Source: Veleropilina oligotropha (taxonomy: Eukaryota). From it: a DNA stretch of 64,000 bases. Under the pieces are notes generated by a model, which was not told the DNA's origin, did not search any database, and worked only from the letters and a program-made list of their open reading frames with translations. This document shows positions 39,201 through 54,200 of the stretch, one piece after another (within the stretch, counting starts at the first letter, position 1; every line of letters begins with the position of its first letter). The stretch spans positions 372,001-436,000 of the forward strand of contig JBEUKZ010000125.1 of the NCBI GenBank assembly GCA_048128005.1, written 5' to 3'. The position numbers and the translations under genes are program-made.

Positions 39201-42200
39201 TAGGTATAGTCAACAAGTCATAGATGCTCAACAAAAAACTTTTACTATCGGCACATTCCGGACAGTACACACAATTTTATTAGACTTAAAAATAAACGCA
39301 CGTTCTGGCTTACGTTCGATACACTCCCAGCCTCGAAGAACTCCCCGATGTTGAGCTTGGTACTGAAGGAGAAGTTGTCCTTCGTCAGATCGGTGATGCC
39401 GTTCTTCGCCAAATACTGAAAACAGACATGACAGTAAACGATATATCAAAGTGCTGAAGCACTGAAATGTCGGAAAGTGAAAGCAGCGTTGGTTTCGCAA
39501 CATGAACGTACTTGTTTGTCAAATAAGTTGCAGTTGATCCCAAAGTTATTGTCATTCCGAATACCAAATCAGGTGTCGATTCCAGATCCATGCAGATCAT
39601 AGTTAACTAGAAATGTGCCCATCGGACACGAATGCCCCCACTGGCGACATCGATGGGTCGCAGAAGCGAAGCATGAATGATGATACGCAAGTGTACAAAG
39701 TATCAAGTCAACCCATGAAGGCAAATAGAAGTTATAGCAGATTGGAGTTGCTTACACGCAAATACTGGTTTCGGGACGGACGGGACGGGACGGACCGGAC
39801 GGACAAGAGTAAATCTAAATGCCACCCCAATAAATTGGTGGTGGCATAAAAATGAAGGTCATATTCTTCATTACACATTGGCTTGTATATAACGTGCCCG
39901 ACTATAATCATGCTCCCAACATATTTTAGTTATTTTTGTTCTTTAACCAAAACTTTAAACAAATTGATTACATCTTTACATTTTGGGAATAATACTTAAG
40001 ATAGACCATGCAGTCATACTATAGAAATTTGATGTTGGTCGAATTCTTGAGAAATGGAAATCAAGCAAAATACATAACATTTTAAATTGTCCATTGATTG
40101 ATTATTTTAACTTTATAAATTTAATCAAGTTATCACATAAACTAAATGTATAAACAAACAGTTGTAAAAAACATATTTAATATCCAATGACATTAAAAAC
40201 TATAATTACTTATCTTACAAAACCTTTTCACTACAATTTCTTTATTTCATATGCACACAATTTACGATATATTGTCACTTCCCTCTCTGTCAACCCTAAC
40301 TTTTCCTTGTTAACTACATGTTCAGCTTGAATGACCCCTGTACAACAATTTCAATTTATGCCCTCAAGTTGACCTTTGCGATATCTTTGCTGTGCTGTGG
40401 ATTTACTCTCTGAAATAGTAGTCAATCTTGGAAACTTTTATGAATGGGATATAGAATGTGGGCCATAAAGTCACAGCCTTTGACATTCTATCTTTTGGAA
40501 TCCCCCCTGTGGAACACATGTAATTTGCAATTAAACAGCCTTATTTTTGTGCACTTTATTATGATTTGCACAAAAATAAAAACACGATGTACCATACACT
40601 AATTTGAGAGAAAACTTTATAATTTATGCAATAAACAGATAGGTGGAATAACCATGCAAATTCTGCCTGTTTACCGAGCAGTAATTTTTTCCAATTGCAA
40701 GCTACATGTTTGTTTGATACAATTATAGTTCAGTATGACACAGCACAAGAGTTTGTTATTAAATAACACAATAGATATGGGATATTGCTTTTAAATTGAC
40801 CAAATTCCAGTACAGAAGTGGGTGCTACTTGCAACATCGGATGCACAAGCTGTGAAAGTGACCTGAATTTTTACGGACTGTGATTTGACAAAATGTAAAT
40901 CTGATGAGATTTTTCAAAAGCTAGATATATGTATTCCGACATAATAAAGACGTCAACAACTTCTCCACAAGATCAGGTAATAACCAGTTACTGAAAAATT
41001 GGCCAATCATATTAAAAATTGTTCAGGTCATGACCTCATCATAACTATAATGCGTGCAATAAATTTGAAGAAAATCGGATTATAACTGTTCTGTAGAGCG
41101 TCCACAAGAAATCTCTATGACTCTTGTCCTGATCCGGGCAAAATTAATAATAAGCAGACGGCTAACCTTCATGACGTCAGGATACAGGCGGAGCTTTTTG
41201 CCGCACGGTGCAATGTACAGCACCTCTCCCATCATGCCTCGTTGGCCGAAGGATCGAATCCTCGTCTGTCGTCGCCAGCCGTACTCAAGGGGAATCCTAG
41301 CCTCCTTCTCATCGATAACTCGACGTCTCTTGGTTGGTGTCTGATCTGAATCGGTATAAATATTCATGGCTACAAATACAATATATACCCTGAGCTTAAT
41401 ATGTAAACAATAGGACACCAATTACTCCATTGTTCTAGGTAATATCCCAAACGATGGTCGCTCAGCAGGTATTGACAAGCTGACAGATTCCTTTGAATGA
41501 AAGAGTCCACTGTTTTATTTATATTTCAGTACACTGTACAATTCTATTATACTTTTATAACTTCAAACCTCAAACCAGAAAATCAGAAAATCGCACATTT
41601 AAAGGACCACAAAAGAATAAATGTGTACAAAAATAGTTATGGTGTGAACAATACAAAACAAGAGAATTCTTTGGAATTCTGGTGACATGCGTCAAAATCA
41701 TCGTCCTCCTTCATTATCCTGGCGAAACTCAATGGCTGTCGCTTAAATTTTTCATTCAATTTATGAATTTATTACTGAAACAGCAGTACGAGATGAATCA
41801 ACAGTCACACAACAAATGCAAGAAACACGTATACAGAAAGCATAGAACTTTTATCGTATATTAATATATTAACATGGTTGCGCTAATTAGAACAAACTAC
41901 CAAACATAAATAAAAACAAGAACGACGCGTTCGAAATATGTCTTGACCTTTCTTTATTTCCCTCAAATTTTCATAACAGTTAATACAATGGCTAAGTGCA
42001 AGTACTTCATGGCTTAATTTACTACCCCGTCGAATGTGACGTCACCAAATGACGATTAATCTAAGGCGACGTCGTAATGATGTCATTGCCATTTGCTTGC
42101 AATATTAGACATCAGTTATATACAAATATGGATAAAAGTGCTCAATAAAAGCATATTTTTGCAAAATTGTGTCGCGAAAGTTATATACACGACCTACAAA

Positions 42201-45200
42201 TACTCTTGGGAATGTGTGTACCAATTTTGGTGAAAATTGAGCGGGTAGTTTTCAAATAAATCGACGGATATATATATATATATATAAGTATATAAGTATA
42301 TAAGTTTATAAGTATATATGTATATACACACGGACCATTTGATAATGTCTTGTCTTTTTTTACAAAGAGGTCAAGACATAATAAACGAGCAGAAAAGCGA
42401 CACTAAAATACTCCAAGATGAGGCAAACGCACTACTATTATCATAAGATAGAGCTCTCACCTTCCGGCAGGTCTTCTGCAGGTCGTTTATCTCTTTTGGC
42501 TGAATCGTGAATCTCCGTTCCGTTTTCCATCGGATTATGTTCCAAATCAGAAGCTTCTGAGCCGCTATCCGTATCACTGTCTGAACTATCACCAGAGGAA
42601 CTCTCTGAAACAAACCAATACTAATGTACCACAAGCCACTGTGGACTACAACTATTAAGTCATTTTTTGTGTTGGTGTCATCATATGCAGCACTATATAT
42701 TCTAGACGTATACAGTCGTTCCTCGAATTCAACGCTACATTCGAATGATAATTATTTTACTCCCCTAACACAGACCTTTCATAATACATATGGGGGCAGC
42801 ATGGCCGAGTGGATACGGTGCTGGTCTACTAAACGAGAGGTCATGGGTTCAAGCCCCGGGAGTGCCGGCGATTTTTCCAATGATCGCTGCCTCCATTGCA
42901 CACAGCACCAATTCATCTCATCATTCAAAGTTGATTGACCCGATTTATAACTGAAATACTGTTGGCGTGGTCGTTAAACATCAACTCATCATTCATCATA
43001 ATACATAGCATAAAGACATTTCTGAAAAAAATTGAAATAATAATATAATTGCATTTGATAATATTTGTAATGTTACGACTGTTTTCAGCAAAATGTTTAT
43101 TTCGATTTCATTAACCTACTCCCTACTGACTTTCTAAGGACCATTTCTATACATGTTAAATACTAACAATTTACCTGTAAAATGTTGTAATAAACCCGAA
43201 TAAACCATATATATCCTGAAAGTGTATTAGTTGTTCTTCAAATTCAAAGAGAAAAAATGCAAATTAGGTTACCTCATTATATATTCAAAATGGCATCCAA
43301 ACAGGTTCAGAATTCTACATTTTCTGACTTTGGCAACTGATGATGTAAATTATGGTGTGATATAACAAGGAATCTGTCGTTTTACCTGCGTCTAGCAGGG
43401 TCAATGAATGGTACATGTAAGTTGTTGTTGTTGTTCTTGTTGTTGTTCTTCTTGGGGGGAAGACAATTTTGAAATGATTTCAACCAGATCTTCCACCTTT
43501 TAGGCGACTTCGACAACAAGCCAATTTGAAAAAAGTGCATGACCACTTGATGTATGAATTGAGAGATGCTGCCTAACAGAATAGCAAATTACCATGACAG
43601 CCTCTTTGATGAATAAATATTAAATCATACAGAAACGTGGTCTGTATTATATGTATCACACATGTTTCACAGTAGTAAAAGAGGTATAACAGTTAAACAT
43701 TTTAAGATTTTGCATACTTTATTAAATTATAATTAATCAACTTTATTATAGTTAACTAAGTCTGTCAAAGGGGCGTCAAAGGGGCGTAACTCTTGAAAAC
43801 CAATTTGTGAATTCTATGAAATCATACAGAAACATGGTCTGTATTATATGTATCACACATGTTTCACAGTAGAAATTTTGCTTATGACGCAGGTCATTGC
43901 ACACATTATGTGCTTGTTTTCATATAGATGAGGATCTCATCTTCAAAATGACGCCTCAAATGTTAAAATAATCCAATATTTAGATTTTGGCTAGATTTGA
44001 TGAACGTTATGGTGTGGACATATAGGCTGATGCTATACAGTCCTCTCTTTCACATTTGATGAAGTAAGACACATTCAAACTTGCTATGAGCTACGTATAC
44101 TTAGTTTCATCACTAAGAGGAACCACAAAAATATGTAAATGAGGACATGTGACCTAATAATGGATTCAAAATGGCCGCCACTTTCACAAAATTTACTGCG
44201 AATACCATTTTTTAGGGGAGGGGGCTTATTTCAAAGGAATAAATATTGACACATTTTCATCAAACTATGTTTATGTATTGCCTGTAAAATACAACAATAC
44301 ATCTATCTCCAGTATTCTACTTTAGAGTGCCATATGCCTTGAAGCAATTGCAGTCCTTCGTAATGCAAAGATCGAGCACGCCTGCCACGCCCATGAGCTT
44401 GACCACGCCCATACCCCCGTAAACGTGGCCCGTAACGGTCAGCACCTCATCCACGTTTGAGGCCTGCATCTGTTCACATACTTATCCCTCATTGGTCTAG
44501 CAATCCCAGGATTGCTAGAATCACTATCAACAAAATCAGATTCATTTTGATCACTTTCTTGATCACTGTCATCGGTTCATGATGGATCTCCGAGTCAGAG
44601 TACTTGCATATCATTAGCAAAAAGACCCCATTAGGACCCCCCGTCAATATCCGAATGTTCCGTATCACTGTCTTTGTCTATATCAAAATCAACATCACTC
44701 ATCTCATCTAACAATCGTATCATCTCATATACATCATCTATTCCTCGAATATGTTGTGTATATATAGCCATTTCACGAAAAATATGCAAGTTTTTCTTAT
44801 ATAAACAAGTCGGGAACAACTAGCGGAAAATGACATATATTTGCAGGGATGACCTAAAAGTGTCGCCATCTATCGGTAGACAGGTTATTTATAGTAGACG
44901 ACTCGAATATTTAACCAATGAGTGCACACTATTAAAGTGATGCCCCAACACATACCCGATGCACGAAATATCGCGCTCCCGGAGGGACGACGTTAAAATG
45001 CTCAGATACATTTGTACCAAAATGAGTTACTGCTAACAACCTAGCACAAACATACATCATCGGTGTCCGATCAAACGTACCTGAATTGTTATCCGACGAT
45101 TCTTCGGAGCTCCCTGTGCCCATGTTTTCTTCTTTTGCGACTGATTTAAATGTCGCCACCAATAGATCGCCATGTTTTGCTGTGGAACTGTTATTCGTGC

Positions 45201-48200
45201 TTGTTGCGGACCTGTTATGCGCCCTGGGGGGCCCTTTATTCGCCTGTTTGGGTGCGTGTGACTTGGGTCTGCTCGGTTCCTGATGGGTCGACGCAGGGGC
45301 TCCCGGATTTTCGTGGCATTGCTTGCTGACGCGGTCCTCTTGGGCCTGCGCCTTTTTCATGATCCTTAGCATCAACTGTTGCTGTTTGAGCTCGCGCTCC
45401 AACTGTTTACGCAGCTGATCCTGTTTCCTTGACTGCTCCTGAAGAATATGGAGGGCATTTCGAATAAAATGCAGAAACAGCAAGTGGGAAAGTTTTGTTA
45501 ACTCTTTGCATGCCTGATGTGTATTCATTAACTCAATGAGAATTAGGCAGTATTTGCTGCCACCAGATGCCAAAGAGTTAAATAAACTTCTTTGAATTGT
45601 GACTTACGAACATAGCTATACGTTAGCAAATCCTTAATGTACTGATCTTGGTTTGCAAGTTCAACATCGAAACCACGAGAAATTGGTTTTCAGCAGTCGC
45701 AGTTGTCCATAACTGGCCGATGAGAGCGGGTTTCCCGGGTAACCTGGCCATCCTCCCATGATAATATGAACATGGACACGTCCTGTTATGAACTCGAAGT
45801 CTGTTAGAATCGAGATATATAGGTATCAAATCAAATATAACAAACTAACCTCCTGCTGCTGTGCAGAGAGCACCTGTGAGGGCGCCTTATTCATCGGCTT
45901 CCGGCTTCGTTTTCTTCCTTGAAGAAGCGTCGGCACAGTGAGTGTGTTGACGATCGGCTTGTTTTGAACACGTTTCAGGATCTGATCGGCGAGCAGCTTC
46001 TTCTTGGCACCGTCTATGTGCGGGGGATGCGCGCTCGGTGGTGGATGCGAATGCTTATTATTAGGGGATTTCATCGAATTCTGAAAAATAAATTCACCGA
46101 AACAATGTATAAACGCTTTACCACTTATTATATATCAAATAGACCACTACCTGGGCATTTGCCATTTTCATCTGTAATTTATTTTAAAAATAAAAACAAT
46201 CGATAATTGAAATTTTAAAACTCTTTGCCTGCTGTATATTCATTAAAGAGACGATTGCCCGTAAATGCGCTCTTTTGCACGAGTTGTCTCCGGCACGAGT
46301 TGCCCTGACATCATCTATTGCCCGGTTCGCGCAGATTGATACAAATTTCGCAAAGATATGATCGATATACAATATACCTGGGCAATATATATGTTATTGT
46401 CAAGTGGAAAGCTATCTTACTTGACGAGCAGAAACCAACGCAACTGTGCTCCAACTAGGTCAATTGGAAATGAACTCGGTGCGAGCTAATTAAACGCGGA
46501 CCGCGTTTTATTATTTTTAAATATTCAGTAGCGATTAATTTAAACGGTAGCAAGTTACTGACGAAAGTTGAGTATTGAAAATTCCTAACTTTTTATGTTA
46601 TAAACAAAAAGTGTAATGCTGTTAGTTTTCTTTTTAAAAAAGAAAGAGCGCATTTACGGGCAATAGTCTCTTTAACTGAATGAGAATCGGGCAGCATTTG
46701 CTGCCACCAGAGGTCAAAGATTTAACTTACCTTCTTTTTATCTTTGTCTTCATCACTACTTGTAGCTGATGCATCTTCGCTATTCGAGCTGAGACTGGAA
46801 CTACCTGAACTTAAATCCGATTGGCTGCTAGTCTCTTCAGAGTTATTCTGTGCTTTCTATAACGACAAACATCATTTATTATAACTTCGTTTAAAGACAG
46901 AATTCTTATTGCACATTTTCATATTGTGGGCAGAGATCAAACATATATCACAGGTTAATTATGACATAATTAGTGAATCAAACAACCTGATGTAATAAAT
47001 AGATAGATAGATATTTATTTACAACAAGCACGAATAACAGTTCCGCAGCAAAACATCGGGGACTTAGCTCCCCGGTGAGATAAAAAAAAAGAAAAAAAGA
47101 AAGATATTTATTTACCTCTCATTTGCAATAGTTAAATACATAATATAACAGCAGTAATTTATGAAATGAAGAGGATGGACGACACTGGAGTCGATAAAAA
47201 CTGTTCCCCAGAGGGTAGTGTCACCCATATACTATTATTAATATAGAACAAAATATGATAATTCACAGATACATAATACAGTACATAATCACAATAATTT
47301 ATATAAGTAAGTTAGATAATTCATAAATAATGACAAAAGCACAAAACACATTTACAGGACAAATATACAATGAATAGACGAAAAATTGGATATATCACAA
47401 TGTAAATTATGCTATCAAGTATTTCAGTAAAATAAGCATGAAACTATCATGTAGGTGTTCTTTATTAATTTTCTAGTATGTGTTTGGTAATATTACGAGA
47501 AAAATTGCGAATGGTGTTTATATTCCTTAAAGGTGGCGACAGATTTCCCCATAAAGATAACTACAAGCATGGTCGTACATTTCCCCATAAAGATAACTAC
47601 AAGCATGGTCGTACATTTCCCCATAAAGATAACTACAAGCATGGTCGTACATTTCCCCATAAAGATAACTACAAGCATGGTCGTACATTTCCCCATAAAG
47701 ATAACTACAAGCATGGTCGTACATTTCTTTGTTTGAACTATTTGTTTGAACTGAATTTTTTGGTGTAGCAAAACAAAATAATTAAGTTTGCTTATATTAA
47801 ATTTGATTCATTTAAATACTCAATAAATGAAAATTTGCATAATTCATGAAGCATTTATTACAAGAAATACGGTATGCATATTCGAGTATCGTCTGACCTC
47901 CTTGTGCTTCCCGTCTGTGGCTGTCGTTGGAGTCGTCCCATTGGCCGGTTTAGAGCTGTTGGATGAGCCAATCCGCATTGGTATATTCAGCGGCAGTTTT
48001 GACGCCTTGTGTCTCTGCTTGTGGACCTTGGAGTTGGTGAGCAGGGAGCGCATGCCGTCGCTGGAGGTCGACTTGCCTGGCGTGATGGTTATGGGCGTGG
48101 CAGATGCCGTCGTCGTCTTCGTGGAACTAGACTTGGATGACGAAGGCGATGACGACATGGCTTTGGTGGTGGATGAAAACGAAAACGCGGCCGAACTAAA

Positions 48201-51200
48201 CGGCGATGGAAACAGCTGACCTGAAAACAGTGATTAAATGAAGGAACGGCTTATAAAATACAACGAAACAGAAGACATGAAATAGCTTTAACATTGATTC
48301 ATTATTCTAACTATTAATTATCTTCTAAATGTATCCTGATTTTAAAATTGATTTACTTACCCAGAGTGTGATAATAGAAACAATTTCTTCCAGTAATATT
48401 GATGATGTAACAAGCTGTTAACTTTTGAATTTTTACAGATTTACAAGTGTTAATTAATAGTAAACAAAGTTCTGAATCAATGAAAGAGACACAAAATATA
48501 TCTATACTATAATCGTGGAGAGTTTGTCTGTCTGTCTGTGTGTGTGTGTGTGTCTCCTATAGGCTCCCAAACGGCTGGACCGATCTCCACCAAATTTGGC
48601 ATGTGAACTAAGGGTACCAAGGCGGTGGTTATGGCGCTTTCAAATTTATTTTTTTGGGGGGTGGGGGTGTTTATTTTTTTTTGGGGGGGAGGATTTTCAT
48701 AACAGTTATAACGTTACAAACGGCTGGACCGATCTCCACCAAATTTGGCATGTCAACTAAGGGTACCAAGGCGGTGGTTATGGCACTTTCCAAAAAGAAA
48801 TTGGGGGGGCGGGGGTGGGTTTTTTTTGGGGGGGGGGAATTTTCATATTTTCATAGTTAGCACTCAGTGGAGATCTTTCGTGGAATGTTAAAGGCGTTCA
48901 AGATAAGAAATTAGGTTATTGATGAGGTGTCTAGTCATTAATAATAGAGCCTAATATGAAGGCACGTGTAAATGTGAACTTTATCTCAGCTAAACATTGT
49001 TGTTTTATGAATTTAAATGTGGAAACAAAAGTGTTGCACTCACAGTGCATTGCCCATAATAATAATATTGTGAAGATATATCTGCGCTTTCCCACACATG
49101 AATGCGTGCTCGAAGCGCTTACATTATTATTCCCTGGTTATTGGCCTGTTCATTCAATATTCCTTCTCAACTCTCTCTGAGTAGTACGGTCAAGTACATG
49201 CCTGTTAGGCGCTTGACCAGTCATTCTGCCAACCAGGTACCCATTTTGATCTCAAGTCGGTTGGGTGAAACGAGGCACATATATGCTTAATTCTTTGCCC
49301 AAGGGGAGTCGCCGGGATCAGGGTTGAACCCCAAACCTCTCGTTGAGAGGCCAGTGCATCTACCACTGAGCCACGGCTGCATAGCAACAACTTAGTTACC
49401 AATGTTTTAATATGTCGTACCAAAAACCGGATTGGTGGCCTAGACTAATATCACAACTGTTGCAGCCTAACTTTCAATATGCTCCAAAGTTAATTTGGGT
49501 AACATCCAACTTAACATGTTAACTCGGGGCAGCGATTGAGGCCTCATTTTCTAAATTTCATAGGAACTGCTACTTACAAACACATGCTTGACCAGATTAG
49601 CTATTAATACCCAAAAACATATACCTAAGTCTTGATTTACAAAGGATATATTAATGTACTAGCGGGCACACCCATTTACAAACAGGTGAATGAGATGAAA
49701 TCCCCCATTTCCCGCCCACCCCCGATCATCCCAGTTTCCTCCCCCCCATTTCTCCCGCCAATTCCACCATCCCCCCTTCACAACTGCCTGCCCATCACCC
49801 CCCCTGCCCTCTATCCATCCCAAAATTCTCTCAAACAGCTCACGCTATCTCTCTATATATATAACCGTACACTTGGCTAATTCAAATGGGTGCCGAAACA
49901 CCGACAAACCTACACACTCGCAAATAAGCAGAATTAGGCTATTACTTTATATATATAGATTACACATCAATTCCTATACATATATTTTCTGGTATACAAT
50001 TTATGTTACTTTATATTAACTCCTGAAGGAAGTGGAAAAAGAGGCTTCAAACTTAATTATATTCAGCTGAACGGAGTTATATTTAGCATGGCATATCAGA
50101 CAGCGTACAAAGTTAACTCAAATAAAATTGTTTTCAGGGGTCGAGTGCATACGGTGCTGGTCTACTAACGAGAGGTCACAGGTTCAAGCCCTGGGAGTGC
50201 CGGGGATATTTCCAATGATCGCTGCCTCCATTGCACATGGTCATGGTCGTTAAACATCAATTCATCATCATCATCTCACTATTTTTGTAATAACACCACA
50301 TGCTTGGATGTGTCGATATTTTTATTACTGTCTGTTGATTAGTTTCACCTGGGACTACTATACTAGAGGGACTGGCTACTTTAAAGCTCGCGCTGAAATC
50401 ACATACTCGGCGCTAAAATGTGAGAGTTCGCTTGAAATCTAATAAGCAAAGCAACAACCTGCCAATTGAATCCCATATAAAATATTCGCTACTATTTGTC
50501 AGACATATAAATAGATATTATATATATTGTAGATTGTGTATATGTACTAATATCGTTAAAATTATGTCAAAAAAGCAGAGATAAGTGTTATGATATTGTA
50601 TGTTCTCGGTTATTTACGAAAATCCAAAATGGCGTCGATAAGAAAGCTTTCGAATCGAAAAACAGTACATTTTGCAACTTCTTCTCCTCGTCAGCTGCTA
50701 CAATTTACTTTTGGATATCTGTCTCATTATTGTATTTATATGCTATTGCTTGGACTCTTCTATTGAAAAGCAAAATGTGACGAAGATTTATAACCTTTAT
50801 TACCATTTAAAAATGACGATTATACCTAAATGTGACCAGCGTTAATATTTTCACATTGTAAAGTACTCAATTTTGCAACTTCTTCTCCTCGTTAGTTGTT
50901 ATATTTTACTTTTTGATATTTGCACCACCTGTTCATTTGCATTCGATTTCTTGTACTCATCTATTGTGTAGTGAAATGTAACGAAGTTTTATAGCATATA
51001 TTTGCATTTTAAAATGACCAATTTTCCTAAATATTATCAAGCGTTGATATTCATTTTGTGATGGTTTCTCTTCTTTATTTGTTGCATTTTATGTTTGAAT
51101 ATATTCACCTTTTTCTAATTTACACTCGATTACATCGACTCGACTATTGTACAGGAAAATACAACGAAGATTTAATTCATATATTTGCATCTTAAAATGG

Positions 51201-54200
51201 TCTATTTATCAACGATGTCTATCTGATATAGTGGTCCATTTCAAGAATACTTCATTACAAGGCCAACTTCAAGTGGTCCCCATTGTTATTGCGCAGGCAA
51301 AATACTGACCGCTTAAACATTATATCAACATGCAAAGCAAAACATAGTATGAAAAGCAATTAGTGGATAGCTTTATGTTTAAACTAATTGTCTCTATTGA
51401 AGATAATCGTTTGTTTGATAATCAATAGAAAAGTAGCTGGGGTCATTTAAATGGTTCCGATTCAGTAGCAAAAGATAAATACATAAGCAATGATTTCGTT
51501 TTGAATTGGCAAATCAGTTTATCTAGCAACTAGGCGCGATTAACATTGATCCCTTTCAAAATAGGTTACATTAAATTTCATTTTCCATTAATAATTATGC
51601 AGTTTCTTTAGTTTGAATGCCTTCCAAATTAAAACAAATTCAAAAAATAAATTCGCAATCGTCTGATGTGTTATTATAATTGCGTGTTTAATAGATATTT
51701 TGTGAATTAAACTGTTATAATCAACCGCATTTATCCCAATTGGGGATTAAATATTATTTTCACAAAGCCGAAAGTCGCGAAAGTCTCTACGCACATGCGC
51801 AGTGCGGTAATTACGAGAACAATAGCGAGTACCACATTATTGACGGCGAGTCGGCTAATTGGTCAGAGCTTCCAGTCCCTCTAATAGTAGTCCCAGGTTT
51901 TACATTACTATTTACTAACTATCAATTTAAAATTGCTGCTTTCAAAGGATAGTTGAAAAATTACCACGCAGGAAACATCCAGTAATGTGATGTTTGAAAT
52001 AATTATTTTTAATATGGATACTGAAATTGTGTGGAACATTCAACGATCTCGTATTATTTTAGATATATATATACTTGTAATTGGATGTCCCACCCAATTA
52101 ACTTACCATAGAAAACCTTCAGAAACTGCAATTTTTGCAAAAGATTATTTAATAAAAATAATATATTATATAATAACAACCAAGGCTAAAAAACTCTCTC
52201 TAGTACGTACTGCAAACATTCCATTAACTATTCCTACAGTGCTGTAAAAATGTGCCTAAAACACAACACAAATTTCTTCTAACATCACAAATTAGGCTAC
52301 ATGACGAAGCTATTATAAAGGTCTAATATCACAAACAACACCGAAAGGTCACTACGACACCGAAAACCACAGCCCTTACTTTTGTCCCCATCAGGCACCA
52401 TGAATAGTGAATCGAGTCCCGGGGGGCTACCTTCGATGCCCAAGCCCAAGTTTCCGAATGTAGGCACAAATCCACTATTCAAGGGGCCTGTCAAAAAATC
52501 CAGGTTCACACCGCCACCCGCCGCCCTACGAGCATGCTCAGAGGCGGCCCGCCACCAGTCAGCGCCACCTGGTGAATGGTTACGACAACGCATCAATGAA
52601 CTGCCACATACCAGAGTTACCTCCCTTGCAGTTGCATGCACTTAAATGTTATATCATTAAACTTTCAATCATTATTTTATGCTAAAATTGTGGGAATCTT
52701 AGTAACTATGCCAACGATCTTCACTTTGATGGTTTCAAACTCGCAAGTCAAGCATTTCTTTATCATTTAACCACTAATCTGTTAACATTGACATTAACAA
52801 TATAAAATGGTACCTGAACGTATAATCAGAATATATATATATAGATGTCGATCTGTCAACACAACGGTGAAAACTGTTTGACCTAGCTTATTAATGATAC
52901 ACTGACTATAGTGTCACCATGGTTGCAGTGATAATGATCAATTGAGGGTTTAAACGGCACTAATTAAACATTTTTGACGAAGCTGTATTAAAGAGCCTAT
53001 ATTGCCCGTAAATGCGCTCTTTTTTCTTTGAAAAGAAAACTATAAACGCATTACACTTTTTGTTTATAACATAACAAGTTAGGAATTTTCAACACTCAAC
53101 TTTCGTCAGTTATTTTCTACCGTTTAAGATAACTAGCGAATCCTCGACCATGCAAGTCGAGGGGATGTATCCCCTTCTATTGGAAGCCAATTTTAAATAC
53201 GAAAACGGTGTCGTGTCCTCACCGTACCAAACGTGTATATAAAATCGGATAAAAACTCTGTTCTCAGTAGAGCGCACACAAGAAATCTGTTCAAACAAAA
53301 TGGCTGCCACGACAGCCATTTTGACTCTGAAAATGACAAGTATTGTTAGGTGGCATGTCCTCATTATAACTAATGTGCATACCGAATTTGAATGAAATCA
53401 GATTAGGACTTTTCACTGTAGGGTGCATACAAGAAATCTCTTAACAAAATGGCTGCCACGATGGCCATCTTGAATACAAAAACAAACCAAAACAATTATG
53501 CGACATGTCCTCATTATACCAAGCATGTATATCAAATTTGAAATAAATCGGATAATAATTTTTCACTGTACAGCGCACACAAGAAATCTCATCAAACAAA
53601 ATTGATGCCACGGCAGCCATCTTGGATCCGAAAATGACGCAAATCGTTAGGTGGCGTGTCCTCATCATAACAGACGTGCATACTAAATTTGAATCATATC
53701 GGATTAGAACCTTTCACTGTAGAGCGCACACAAGAAATCTCTGCGGCGGCGGCTGAACGATGTCTAAACTATACTATCCCTGAAATGTTAAATTTCGGGG
53801 ATACAATTAAACGGGGTCCGCGTTTTATACCTCGCACCGAGTGATATTTCCAATTGATCAAGTTGGAGCCACGTTGCATAGGTTTCTGCTCGTCAGGTAT
53901 GATAGCTTTCTATATGACAATAATATATATTGCCCAGTTACATTAATAATTTCATTAAACATTATCATTTGATCATATATCGATCATATCTTCGCGAAAT
54001 TTGTATCAATCTGCACGAACCGTGCGATAGTGGATGATTAGTCATGCAAAACGGTCACGAAAAGAGCGTTTTACAGGCAATAGTCTCTTTAGCACTAGTT
54101 TATATCAGTGAACGTAACTTACAAAGACGCAACTCACAAATCAAGTACTTGATTATTAGCAGAGCATTTCAATCGCTTTACTGACACTAACATCAATCCA

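Noticed and set aside
42791..42865. tRNA gene
   Set aside because: A/B boxes continue into a SINE body with tail and TSD; no clean cloverleaf or terminator
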